DNA from: a virus
Reading direction: 5' to 3' (one strand)
Length of the DNA: 64,000 nucleotides
IMG/VR virus record: IMGVR_UViG_3300009163_000019
The notes beneath the pieces were generated by a model. It did no database searches, was not told the origin of the DNA, and worked only from the letters and a program-made list of their open reading frames with translations. Below, in pieces: positions 36,269-45,434 of this stretch (positions within the stretch are counted from its first letter, which is position 1; each line of letters starts with the position of its first letter). The translations under genes were made by a program, and so were the position numbers.

Positions 36269-37882
36269 TTATTTTGTTATGTAATAATTTTCTATTACTA
36301 GTCCGTCTAATTGTGTATTATTTAATATTTCAAATGCGTCTTTTATTGAAGAAAGTATAGGTTTACCATCTACATTAAATGATGTATTTAGTAGTACGCC
36401 TATACCGGTTTCTTCTTCAAATTTTGTTATTAAATTATATAACCATTCATTTTGTTCTTTTGTTACTGTTTGTACTCTAGCAGTACCATCAACATGTGTT
36501 ATTGATGGTAATTTATCTTTCCATTCCTCTTTTACTTTTGGACAAAAACTCATCCATCTAGATTCTTTATTCCATTCAAAATATTTATTTACATCTTCTA
36601 ATCTAACTACAGGAGCAAATGGTCTATACCACTCTCTATGTTTTACTTTTTCATTTAATATAGATTTCATTTCAGGAATAGTCGGATTACAAATAATACT
36701 TCTATTTCCTAAAGCTCTCGGTCCATGTTCTGATCTTCCTCTTGCAACACCGATTATTTTTCCATTAATAAGATCTTTAACTAAATCCTCTTCTTTTAGA
36801 TTATGAGAAGTAAAAAATATCTTATTATTTTGAATATAATCAGGTAATAAATCTAAGTCAAGTAAATTTGTACCAGAATAAGTACTATCAAAAGGTTTTT
36901 CAGGTTTTAAATTATCTAATATCATACCTAAACCTATTCCACAATCATTAGGATCAGGTCCAACAAATACTTCTTTATTAAATTCATTAACTAATCTGGT
37001 ATTTAATAAAATATTTAATCCACAACCTCCTGCTAAACATATTGGATATTCTTTATATTTTTCCATTTGAGGAATAGCAACTTCTAAAAAACAATCTTCA
37101 AAAGCTTTTTGAGATGTTGCAGCAATATCGTATGCTAATTGTCCTGTTAATCTATCAGTTATAGAAAATTCTACTCCTATAATATCACCTAAAACTTTTA
37201 TTTTATCAAAATAATTTCCTCCATTAGGATCACTCTTATAAAAATTTATAAAGTGTGGAAGCCACTCTTCATTTATTTTTCCATAAGATGATAGTCCCAT
37301 TATTTTTCCTGAATAAACTAAATTACCCATTCCTAAATCTTCAAATCTAATATCATTTAAGTAATGAGCAAATATCATATAAGGAAATCCTAAATCATAT
37401 CCGATATAATGAAGATTTAAAATTGGATTAATTACGCTTTGAATTTGCTCAGGAGATTTTCCTCTTTCACAAGTATAAACATTAAATTTTCCATCGTTTC
37501 CTCCACCATCAAAAGAAAATATTAGTGCTTTTTCAAAAGGAGATTGATAAAAAGATCCTGCGGCATGAGATAAATGATGTTTACATTCTATATAATTTTT
37601 TGCGGGTATAAATTTATGTAAATAATAAAGTTCATGTATAACTATATCAGTGTTTATATAATAGCAATTATCAAATTCTTCAATATTATATTTATTCATT
37701 ATCCATTTAGGAATATATTCGGCTAAAAATACTATGTCTAAAACTTTTGGACAATAATATTGAGCTAATCCAGAATTTTTATAATTTAAAAATCTTTCAA
37801 CTTCTAAAACTAATTCTATTTTGCCGTCTATTTCTAAAACATACGACGCATTATGAGAACCATAAAAAGATATATTTACCAT
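36269..37882 (-). CDS. O-carbamoyltransferase, NodU/CmcH/TobZ family
   Basis: HHLSHA, DGGG, GKIMGL, AGGCGLN, EHGPRALGNRS, KHREWYRPFAP, HVDGTARVQTV, LNTSFN. Confidence 0.95.
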   Translation of the reverse strand: MVNISFYGSHNASYVLEIDGKIELVLEVERFLNYKNSGLAQYYCPKVLDIVFLAEYIPKWIMNKYNIEEFDNCYYINTDIVIHELYYLHKFIPAKNYIECKHHLSHAAGSFYQSPFEKALIFSFDGGGNDGKFNVYTCERGKSPEQIQSVINPILNLHYIGYDLGFPYMIFAHYLNDIRFEDLGMGNLVYSGKIMGLSSYGKINEEWLPHFINFYKSDPNGGNYFDKIKVLGDIIGVEFSITDRLTGQLAYDIAATSQKAFEDCFLEVAIPQMEKYKEYPICLAGGCGLNILLNTRLVNEFNKEVFVGPDPNDCGIGLGMILDNLKPEKPFDSTYSGTNLLDLDLLPDYIQNNKIFFTSHNLKEEDLVKDLINGKIIGVARGRSEHGPRALGNRSIICNPTIPEMKSILNEKVKHREWYRPFAPVVRLEDVNKYFEWNKESRWMSFCPKVKEEWKDKLPSITHVDGTARVQTVTKEQNEWLYNLITKFEEETGIGVLLNTSFNVDGKPILSSIKDAFEILNNTQLDGLVIENYYITK

Positions 37883-38871
37883 TATTTTATGTGTAATAAT
37901 TTTAAACCGTGTGATAACCTATTTTCAGGACTACAATAATCTAAATAATATTGTCTTGCATTTTTAGCTATATAATTTAAAAACTCTGCGTCTTCTTTAA
38001 CTTCTAAAAATCTATCTATATAAGCTTTTATATAATTTTCTCCACCTAATCTATCTAAGCCATTATTATAAGGTAAATTATATTTAGCTCTATCTATTGC
38101 AATATAATGATAATTTGGTATTAATGGAGGATTTAATTGAGTCATATATTCAACTCTTAAAAATGGAACACCTATTGCCATATATTCCATTTCTCTATAT
38201 GAGTATTCCGCAGTAGTTCCAATTGCTAATCCTATTTTATGTTTTATTAATTCCTCAAAGTATGTTCCCATTCTTTTTGGCGTTAAGTCTTTATTCAAAT
38301 ATCCTAATTCTGATAATTTAACAGGATCAAATCTTTGAGTAGTATATAGCATGAATAGCTTATCTTCTAAATCAGAACTTGGAATATTTTTTCTTTTGGT
38401 ATATATATCCTCTAAATTAATTCTATCTGGATTTATTATATCATTTGTAGAATTATCTTGGACAGGATAAAAAACTGTTTGAGAAACTGTAAAATTATAA
38501 TCGGATAGATTCATATTGTCTTTACCTGTTTCTATAACTTTATTAAACCAATTATAAAATTGAGTTATTAATAATAAATCATTTTTATTATTTCTTTTAA
38601 CAAATACATCTTCCCAAATTTTAGTATAATGTTCACTATAACTTATTCCTTTTAATATATCATTTTCTTTATCATATATTAATAATTCACAGTCTGCCAT
38701 TTCATAATCAAATTCTTCAATATACATTGTAATACCTCCTGGACCTGGATAATTAGTTTTTCTTATGACTTCTGCACCATATTCTTTTTTGTAATATTCT
38801 ACAATTTCTTTAAATAATCCTTGCCAACTACTATATGCATAGCTAACATTTTCAAAATAATAAATTACCAT
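37882..38871 (-). CDS. Putative GT-B glycosyltransferase (Glyco_trans_1_2/GT90-like C-terminus)
   Basis: KIGLAI.....SYREMEYMAIGVP...LIPNYHYI...IAKNARQYY. Confidence 0.65.
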   Translation of the reverse strand: MVIYYFENVSYAYSSWQGLFKEIVEYYKKEYGAEVIRKTNYPGPGGITMYIEEFDYEMADCELLIYDKENDILKGISYSEHYTKIWEDVFVKRNNKNDLLLITQFYNWFNKVIETGKDNMNLSDYNFTVSQTVFYPVQDNSTNDIINPDRINLEDIYTKRKNIPSSDLEDKLFMLYTTQRFDPVKLSELGYLNKDLTPKRMGTYFEELIKHKIGLAIGTTAEYSYREMEYMAIGVPFLRVEYMTQLNPPLIPNYHYIAIDRAKYNLPYNNGLDRLGGENYIKAYIDRFLEVKEDAEFLNYIAKNARQYYLDYCSPENRLSHGLKLLHIK

Positions 38872-38887
38872 AAATTATATATTAAAT

Positions 38888-40156
38888 TTAAATTGTGTGT
38901 TCTACTCTTTCTGCCCAACCAATTTCTTTACTATAACCCCAATAAACTACTCTAGTTGGTGTTTTATCAGTTAAAAAATACTCTTCATAGTGAATATTTT
39001 TTCCTTCCTCAATAAACTGCCTCAATTCTTCCCCGGTTATAAATTTATTATTTATTGAATTACCATTTGTATCATCAAATGCTACTAGTATATATTCATA
39101 ATCATTTCTTAAAAAATCTTTACGTTCTACTGTAACTAAGTAATAAAATGACTTATTAAAACTATATTCCCATAAATCATTATCATTAATAAGAGGATTA
39201 GGTGGATAATGATTATCTAAAGAGTATTGCTGAACAGACATTTTTTTAAAATTAAATCCAGCATATTTTTCATAATCTCTTAAAGATCTAACTGTTCCTA
39301 AATCATAGCCTGTTAAATCTATATTAGGATCTTCTTCTGTTCCTAATAAAACCCGTATTTTTTTTCTAGCTAATTCTTGTTTATTCCACCAATCTACTCC
39401 TAATTTTGCATCGTCATCCCACTTTAACATTCCTGATCTCTCTTCACGCATAGTTGAATGCCAAACAACTAATCTATGTGGATGAAATAAATCATATCCG
39501 TGAGTATATGATCTTACTGTTAAGTTTAATTCTTCACCTGAAAAATATATATCTGGATCGTGTCTTATTTCTTTTGCCCACTCTGATCTTGCAAAACAAA
39601 AGTGTCCTGATAAAAATCTACTCATCGGAGGTTCTGTCATATCTTGCCAGCCAGTAAGTAATCCAGGTCTTATGAATATTGTTCCATGTGGATAGAAACA
39701 TACAAATTGTTGTTGCCAGGGCTCCATTGTGCGGCCACCAGGATCATTAAAAGGTGTATACAATGGTAGATAGGCAGCTAATATAGGTTTATAACCACGA
39801 GCCTCTAAACCACTATGCATATCTATTAGAGTTTCATCCCAATCTTTAGCAAATCTATGATGTGAATCTAATTGACAAACATAGTCTTCATCTGTTAATA
39901 ATTTCTCATTTATAATAGATCTAGCCCAAGGAAGTCCTTGAGCCTCATTATATAAACATTCATAGATTTTAAAACGTTTATCATTTTTAAATTCTGATAA
40001 ATCGTCGAATCCATCTTCTGGATGATATTGTCTGCAGATACCAAAGTGTATTCTTTTTGGGTGTTTTGCATTTAATAAAGCATCTTTAATAGTAGGAATT
40101 AATTCAGGATCTCTGTAAGCTGGTAAATGTACCAGTATTGTTTTTTTATTATTCAT
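38888..40156 (-). CDS. GT60-like polypeptide/hydroxyproline alpha-GlcNAc transferase (Pfam GlcNAc type), paralog B
   Basis: AYRDPEL, QLDSHHRF..DWD..L, YLP.Y, FLSGHFCF, HDP.IYFSGEE, YTHGYDLFHP, VWH. Confidence 0.85.
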   Translation of the reverse strand: MNNKKTILVHLPAYRDPELIPTIKDALLNAKHPKRIHFGICRQYHPEDGFDDLSEFKNDKRFKIYECLYNEAQGLPWARSIINEKLLTDEDYVCQLDSHHRFAKDWDETLIDMHSGLEARGYKPILAAYLPLYTPFNDPGGRTMEPWQQQFVCFYPHGTIFIRPGLLTGWQDMTEPPMSRFLSGHFCFARSEWAKEIRHDPDIYFSGEELNLTVRSYTHGYDLFHPHRLVVWHSTMREERSGMLKWDDDAKLGVDWWNKQELARKKIRVLLGTEEDPNIDLTGYDLGTVRSLRDYEKYAGFNFKKMSVQQYSLDNHYPPNPLINDNDLWEYSFNKSFYYLVTVERKDFLRNDYEYILVAFDDTNGNSINNKFITGEELRQFIEEGKNIHYEEYFLTDKTPTRVVYWGYSKEIGWAERVEHTI

Positions 40157-41405
40157 ATTCTATAACTTGTTCAATTCTTTCCATCCAACCTTTTGATTTT
40201 GTGTGAGGCCAAACTCTCCAAGAATGCGCTTTTCGATTATCTTCATACTCTCTCCAAATATGAATAAATTGATCATTACTGTCTTGATTAATTAATCCAC
40301 GTATTTCATTTTCATCACAATCTCTTCTATATAAATCATTTCCATCTTCGTCTAAAAATGCAACTGCAAATTGATCATAATCAGATTCTATAAGTGATCC
40401 CTTATAAATATCAATACAATGTTTTATCTTACTCGCTAACCCAGACTCATAATCCCCTTTAATTGGAGGAAAATCATTATTAAGAGTTTCTTTGTGTATC
40501 TGTCTTGTAGAAAATTTTAATCCGGCATATCTTTCATAAGCATCTAAAGTTTCAATATAACCAAAATAATTCGGAGCTAAAGCTCTTCTAGTGCAAGAAG
40601 AACAACCAGGATCCATTCCCATTAATTTTCTATATCTTGCATAAGATGCATCATCTCTTTCTTTCCAATCATTAGAATCATCCCAATGTTTTTTCTTTCC
40701 TTCTCTTGTATATTCATGCCATATAACAGGCCTATGTGGAGAAAATAAATTATATCCAAAAGTAAAAGCTCTAGCAGCTAAAGAACTTTCTTCTCCATGA
40801 AAATATAATTCAGGATCATAAGGAACTTCTATTGGAAATGAACCTAATGTAAAAATAAAATGAGCAGATATAAATCTTGCAGGAAAAGGTTCTTTATGAT
40901 CTTGCCAATTTGGAATATGGTGAGGAGCTAAAAATATAGCTCCCGCAGGCATGAATCTATCTATATTTAAACCCCACACTTCATGAACTCTTGCATTCGG
41001 ATCATTATTAGGAAAATATCCAGGTACATAAGCAGATAATAAAGGTTTTTTATATCCTTTACATTGTAAATAGTGTATATAATCTTTTAAAGTTATATCC
41101 CAGTCTTGTAAAAATCTATGATGTGAATCTAATTGTAAATAATATTCCTGATCTGTATAATGTTTTTGAATTTCTGCACGCATCCAACAAACACCTTTAG
41201 CTTCTTTATATGGAATATCTAAAATAATAAATCTAGAATCATTTTTATATTCATCTAGATTATCCCAAGTATCTTCTTCTGAATGTTGCCAACCAATACA
41301 AATAGTAAAATTTTCTGGATTAACACAATTAGTTAATAAATCTTTTATAGTAGGAAGTAATTCTGGATCTCTATAAGCTGCTATCGAAACAAAAATTCTT
41401 GACAT
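40149..41405 (-). CDS. GT60-like polypeptide/hydroxyproline alpha-GlcNAc transferase, paralog A
   Basis: IFVSIAAYRDPEL, LQLDSHHRF..DWD, EVPYDPELYFHGEE, AFTFGY.LFSP, IWHEY; start at MSRIFV. Confidence 0.88.
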   Translation of the reverse strand: MSRIFVSIAAYRDPELLPTIKDLLTNCVNPENFTICIGWQHSEEDTWDNLDEYKNDSRFIILDIPYKEAKGVCWMRAEIQKHYTDQEYYLQLDSHHRFLQDWDITLKDYIHYLQCKGYKKPLLSAYVPGYFPNNDPNARVHEVWGLNIDRFMPAGAIFLAPHHIPNWQDHKEPFPARFISAHFIFTLGSFPIEVPYDPELYFHGEESSLAARAFTFGYNLFSPHRPVIWHEYTREGKKKHWDDSNDWKERDDASYARYRKLMGMDPGCSSCTRRALAPNYFGYIETLDAYERYAGLKFSTRQIHKETLNNDFPPIKGDYESGLASKIKHCIDIYKGSLIESDYDQFAVAFLDEDGNDLYRRDCDENEIRGLINQDSNDQFIHIWREYEDNRKAHSWRVWPHTKSKGWMERIEQVIEYE

Positions 41406-41406
41406 A

Positions 41407-41447
41407 ACGTAAATATACAAAATTTATTTGATATAAAAAAATTTATT
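41407..41447 (-). promoter_or_regulatory. Early/middle-type promoter in front of the glycosylation genes
   Basis: AAATAAATTTTTT...TATATTTA on the minus strand, same architecture as the early promoters. Confidence 0.5.
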
Positions 41448-44400
41448 TTAACATGGACCTGCGGCTATATTTGCTGTAAATCCTCTAGTAGGTGTTGCAG
41501 AATTTACAGCAGCTGTACACGTACCTCCTGCTGTAGGACAAGTACTGTTTGCAGATATACCACAATTATAAGGACTTCTATCTGCATTATTCACTAATTG
41601 AACTAATGCTGAATCACCTGCATTTAATATGAATGAAGCTCTAAATCCGCAAGTAGAAACAGCAAATGCGGCTCCTACAGGAGTATAATTAAATCCACCA
41701 TCTGTTGAATATTCAAATTGAACAAAAGTTGCATTATCACTAGTTTTACCATATAAATTAACAGTAAATGGACCAGACGTAGACGGAGTTACACTAGGAG
41801 TTCTAGTTGGCGTTGGTGATGGTGAAGGACAAGCCGCTATACTTTGAATCAATCCACTACCTCCTGTTACTGTACCATAATTCGTTCCATTAGAATAGAA
41901 TCCGTTATTTACTGTATTAGATCCTATTGAATCCATAGCATTTGTTTTATATAGAATCATACCAGCTTGAAATGCTGAGGTATACGAATAATATGTTGTT
42001 AAAGTTTCTGTTGCTGTACATGCAGTTAATCCACTTGATGCATTATAGTATAACGCATAAGAATATACTACTCTACTAGGACTAGGAGTATTACTAGGTG
42101 TTATACTAGGAGTTATACTAGGTGTTACTGTTCTAGTAGGAGTTATACTAGGAGTTATACTAGGTGTTTTACTAGGTGTTACTGTTCTAGTAGGAGTTAT
42201 ACTAGGAGTTATACTAGGTGTTACTGTTCTAGTAGGAGTTATACTAGGAGTTACACTAGGTGTTGTTGATCTAGTAGTACTTACACTAGGAGTCGGTACC
42301 GCTGTACAATCTTGAACATTAGTTATATTTCCTGCTCCATCCATTTCAACAGCGTATGTGACACCACTTCTAGTAATATAGTGCCATGTAGTTCCTAAAT
42401 ATTTATTAGCCGGATTTAAAGTATCAGTAGTATATATAATGCCTCCTATTGCAGGAACATTATAAGATGAATTCATCCATACAGGAAGGGACGCTCCAGC
42501 ATTAGCGCAAGCTAATGTAGATGTTGCGTATGCTGTATTATTAATTAAATATGCAACAGGTGCCGCAGTAACACTAGGAGTTACGCTAGGAGTTATACTA
42601 GGTGTAATACTAGGAGTTCTACTAGGTGTTACGCTAGGAGTGCCGCTAACGCTAATTGACGGAGTAGGTGCAGGAGTACACGCTATATTTACTGTATATG
42701 TATCAGTTTTTGGATCAGCAGGATTATATGTTCCTGTTTCAACTAATAAGTAATATGTTATACTATTATTATAAGTAAAATCTAAATATCCAGTAGGTGA
42801 TCCGAATGTATTAGGCGTTGGAAGGGTTGGACAATCCCAATCAGGCGCGGAATAACAAAAATCAGATCCTACCCAACTTGAAGAAACGGCAGTTGCTATG
42901 CCATTTTCATAGACTGTAAATCTATTAGGCCTTTCATAAGCTTGATAAAAAAGTGATATTGCACTTCCATTAGGAGTAGATGAAAAATCTAAACAATAAA
43001 ATTCCTGATGGTAATCATTACCACTATATCCTCCTGATATAATATCTCCACAATCATTTGGACATCCACCTGGACCATATGCCGATCTTGTAGGACTTAC
43101 AGAAGGTGTATTAGTTGCTGTGGGAGTGGGGGGTGGTGTACAAATAACTCTTATATAATAAGCATCTGTTATTCCAATATCCTCACAAATATCAACTATC
43201 ACATAATATGTTCTTGAACTATTGTATGTAAATGTTGTATCTACAGGGTTTATGTCAATAGGAGTACAAGGGGAACTAGGTGCTGATGATGGTGATCCTA
43301 ACCATCCAGTTGTAAATATCGGTGATGGATTTACGCTATCATACAATGTAAATCTGTCAGGCCTATCTCTTCCATCAAATTGTATATATATAGAAGAACC
43401 ATTTGCCGTAGATGTTAAATCAAGATTTACTTGTTGTTGTGATGCATTATTAGGACTATAAGAACCTATATAACTACCTCCACAACTTAATACTGGATTT
43501 GGTGTTGTTGAAGGTGTTATAGTAATACTAGGTGTTGTACTAACTGTTATACTAGGTGTTATGCTAGGAGTTCTACTAGGTGTAATAGTAATACTAGGAG
43601 TAATACTAGGAGTAATACTCGGTGTTATGCTAGGTGTTACGCTAGGAGTTCTACTAGGCGTTGCGGTTACACTAGGTGTTGCAGTTACTGTTGGTGTAAC
43701 ACTTATACTAGGTGTTGCTGTTATACTAGGTGTTGCTGTTACTGTTGGAGTAATAGTTATACTAGGTGTTATACTAACAGTAATACTAGGTGTTACGCTA
43801 GGTGTTATGCTAGGAGTTACACTAGGTGTTATTGATATGCTAGGTGTTACGCTAGGTGTTATGCTAGGTGATACACTAGGAGTTACACTAATACTGGTAG
43901 TAATGCTAGGAGTTATACTAGGAGTTACACTAGGAGTTATACTAATACTGGTAGTGATGCTAGGTGTTATGCTAGGTGTTACACTAGGTGTTATTGATGT
44001 AGTAGTAGTAATGCTAGGAGTTATACTAGGTGTAATACTTGGCGTAATGCTAGGTGTTATACTAGGGGTAACTGTTGCTGTTACACTAGTAGTAATACTA
44101 GGAGTTATACTAGGTGTTACGCTAACAGATATACTAGGAGTTATACTTGGAGTTACACTAGTAGTAATACTAGGAGTTACGCTAGGTGTTATGCTAGGAG
44201 TTACTGATATACTAGGTGTTACACTAGGAGTCATTGTTATAGTTACACCTGGTGTTGATGTTGGACTAGCTGTCAAAGTTATAGTAGGAGTAATACTTAT
44301 GCTAGGTGTTGCTGTTACTGTTGGCGTAATAGTTATACTAGGCGTTGCTGTTACACTAGGTGTTGCAGTTATACTAGGTGTAATACTAATACTAGGCGTT

Positions 44401-45413
44401 GCTGTTACACTAGGCGTTGCTGTTACACTAGGTGTAATACTTATGCTAGGTGTAGATGTTACAGTTGGTGTAATAGTTATACTAGGCGTTGCTGTTAAAC
44501 TAGGTGTAATACTTATACTAGGTGTAGATGTTACAGTTGGCGTAATAGATATACTAGGCGTTGCTGTTACACTAGGCGTTGCTGTTACACTAGGTGTAAT
44601 ACTTATGCTAGGTGTTACACTAGGAGTCATTGTTATAGTTACACCTGGTGTTGATGTTGGGCTAGCTGTCAAAGTTATAGTAGGTGTAATACTTATGCTA
44701 GGTGTAATAGTTACTGTCGGGGTAATAGTTACACTAGGTGTTGCTGTTACAGTTGGTGTAATAGTTATACTAGGCGTTGCTGTTACACTAGGTGTAGGTG
44801 TTACCGTTGGTGTAATAGTTATACTAGGAGTCGCAGTCATACTAGGTGTTGTTGTTACTGTTGGACTAATACTTACACTAGGTGTTGCGGTTACTGTTGG
44901 AGTAATACTTATACTAGGTGTTGCAGATACTGTTGGACTAATACTTACACTAGGTGTAGATGTTACCGTTGGTGTAATAGTTATACTAGGTGTTGCTGTT
45001 ACAGTTGGTGTTATGCTAGGAGTTACACTAGGTGTTATTGATATAGTAGTAGTAATACTAGGAGTTATACTAGGTGTAATACTAGGAGTTACGGTAACAG
45101 ATATACTAGGAGTTATACTAACAGTTATACTAGGTGTAATACTCGGTGTTATAGAAACAGTAACAGATGGAGTAGGACTCGGAGCAACTATATATCTAAT
45201 TACTTGATTATTACCTGAACAAAATTCTTGATTTATTAATTTTACATAAACACTATTATCATTTATAGTTACTGTATAACCTGCTAATAAAGTATCAATT
45301 GAAACATTTGCCTGGATTAATACATCTGGACCACTATAACTTGTACCGTAATACAAATTAAACGGCCCTACCGAATCTCCATATGTACTTCCTAATGTTA
45401 TTAATACTTGCAT
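41448..45413 (-). CDS. Mucin-like Thr-Pro-Ser repeat virion/fibre protein with Cys-rich globular domains
   Basis: ~560-aa TPS(I/V)/TPTVT tract, further TPS linkers between duplicated Cys-containing beta domains; located in the baseplate module. Confidence 0.8.
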   Translation of the reverse strand: MQVLITLGSTYGDSVGPFNLYYGTSYSGPDVLIQANVSIDTLLAGYTVTINDNSVYVKLINQEFCSGNNQVIRYIVAPSPTPSVTVSITPSITPSITVSITPSISVTVTPSITPSITPSITTTISITPSVTPSITPTVTATPSITITPTVTSTPSVSISPTVSATPSISITPTVTATPSVSISPTVTTTPSMTATPSITITPTVTPTPSVTATPSITITPTVTATPSVTITPTVTITPSISITPTITLTASPTSTPGVTITMTPSVTPSISITPSVTATPSVTATPSISITPTVTSTPSISITPSLTATPSITITPTVTSTPSISITPSVTATPSVTATPSISITPSITATPSVTATPSITITPTVTATPSISITPTITLTASPTSTPGVTITMTPSVTPSISVTPSITPSVTPSITTSVTPSITPSISVSVTPSITPSITTSVTATVTPSITPSITPSITPSITPSITTTTSITPSVTPSITPSITTSISITPSVTPSITPSITTSISVTPSVSPSITPSVTPSISITPSVTPSITPSVTPSITVSITPSITITPTVTATPSITATPSISVTPTVTATPSVTATPSRTPSVTPSITPSITPSITPSITITPSRTPSITPSITVSTTPSITITPSTTPNPVLSCGGSYIGSYSPNNASQQQVNLDLTSTANGSSIYIQFDGRDRPDRFTLYDSVNPSPIFTTGWLGSPSSAPSSPCTPIDINPVDTTFTYNSSRTYYVIVDICEDIGITDAYYIRVICTPPPTPTATNTPSVSPTRSAYGPGGCPNDCGDIISGGYSGNDYHQEFYCLDFSSTPNGSAISLFYQAYERPNRFTVYENGIATAVSSSWVGSDFCYSAPDWDCPTLPTPNTFGSPTGYLDFTYNNSITYYLLVETGTYNPADPKTDTYTVNIACTPAPTPSISVSGTPSVTPSRTPSITPSITPSVTPSVTAAPVAYLINNTAYATSTLACANAGASLPVWMNSSYNVPAIGGIIYTTDTLNPANKYLGTTWHYITRSGVTYAVEMDGAGNITNVQDCTAVPTPSVSTTRSTTPSVTPSITPTRTVTPSITPSITPTRTVTPSKTPSITPSITPTRTVTPSITPSITPSNTPSPSRVVYSYALYYNASSGLTACTATETLTTYYSYTSAFQAGMILYKTNAMDSIGSNTVNNGFYSNGTNYGTVTGGSGLIQSIAACPSPSPTPTRTPSVTPSTSGPFTVNLYGKTSDNATFVQFEYSTDGGFNYTPVGAAFAVSTCGFRASFILNAGDSALVQLVNNADRSPYNCGISANSTCPTAGGTCTAAVNSATPTRGFTANIAAGPC
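43500..45190 (-). repeat. Coding tandem-repeat tract of 12- and 18-bp units, with a ~98-bp duplication (44212-44309 / 44608-44705)
   Basis: Recurring CTAGG(T/A)GT units; the duplicate copies differ at two positions. Confidence 0.9.
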
Positions 45414-45434
45414 TTAATTTAAATACTTTTTTTA

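Noticed and set aside
44212-44705. Near-identical ~98-bp pair as DGR template/variable repeats
   Set aside because: Both copies are in frame within one repeat tract, differences are synonymous, and no reverse transcriptase is present in the window
43561-45207. 548-aa + strand ORF (MLGVLLGV...) that looks like a giant membrane protein
   Set aside because: Antisense shadow of the TPS repeat codons; it opposes the minus-strand operon and has no independent signals
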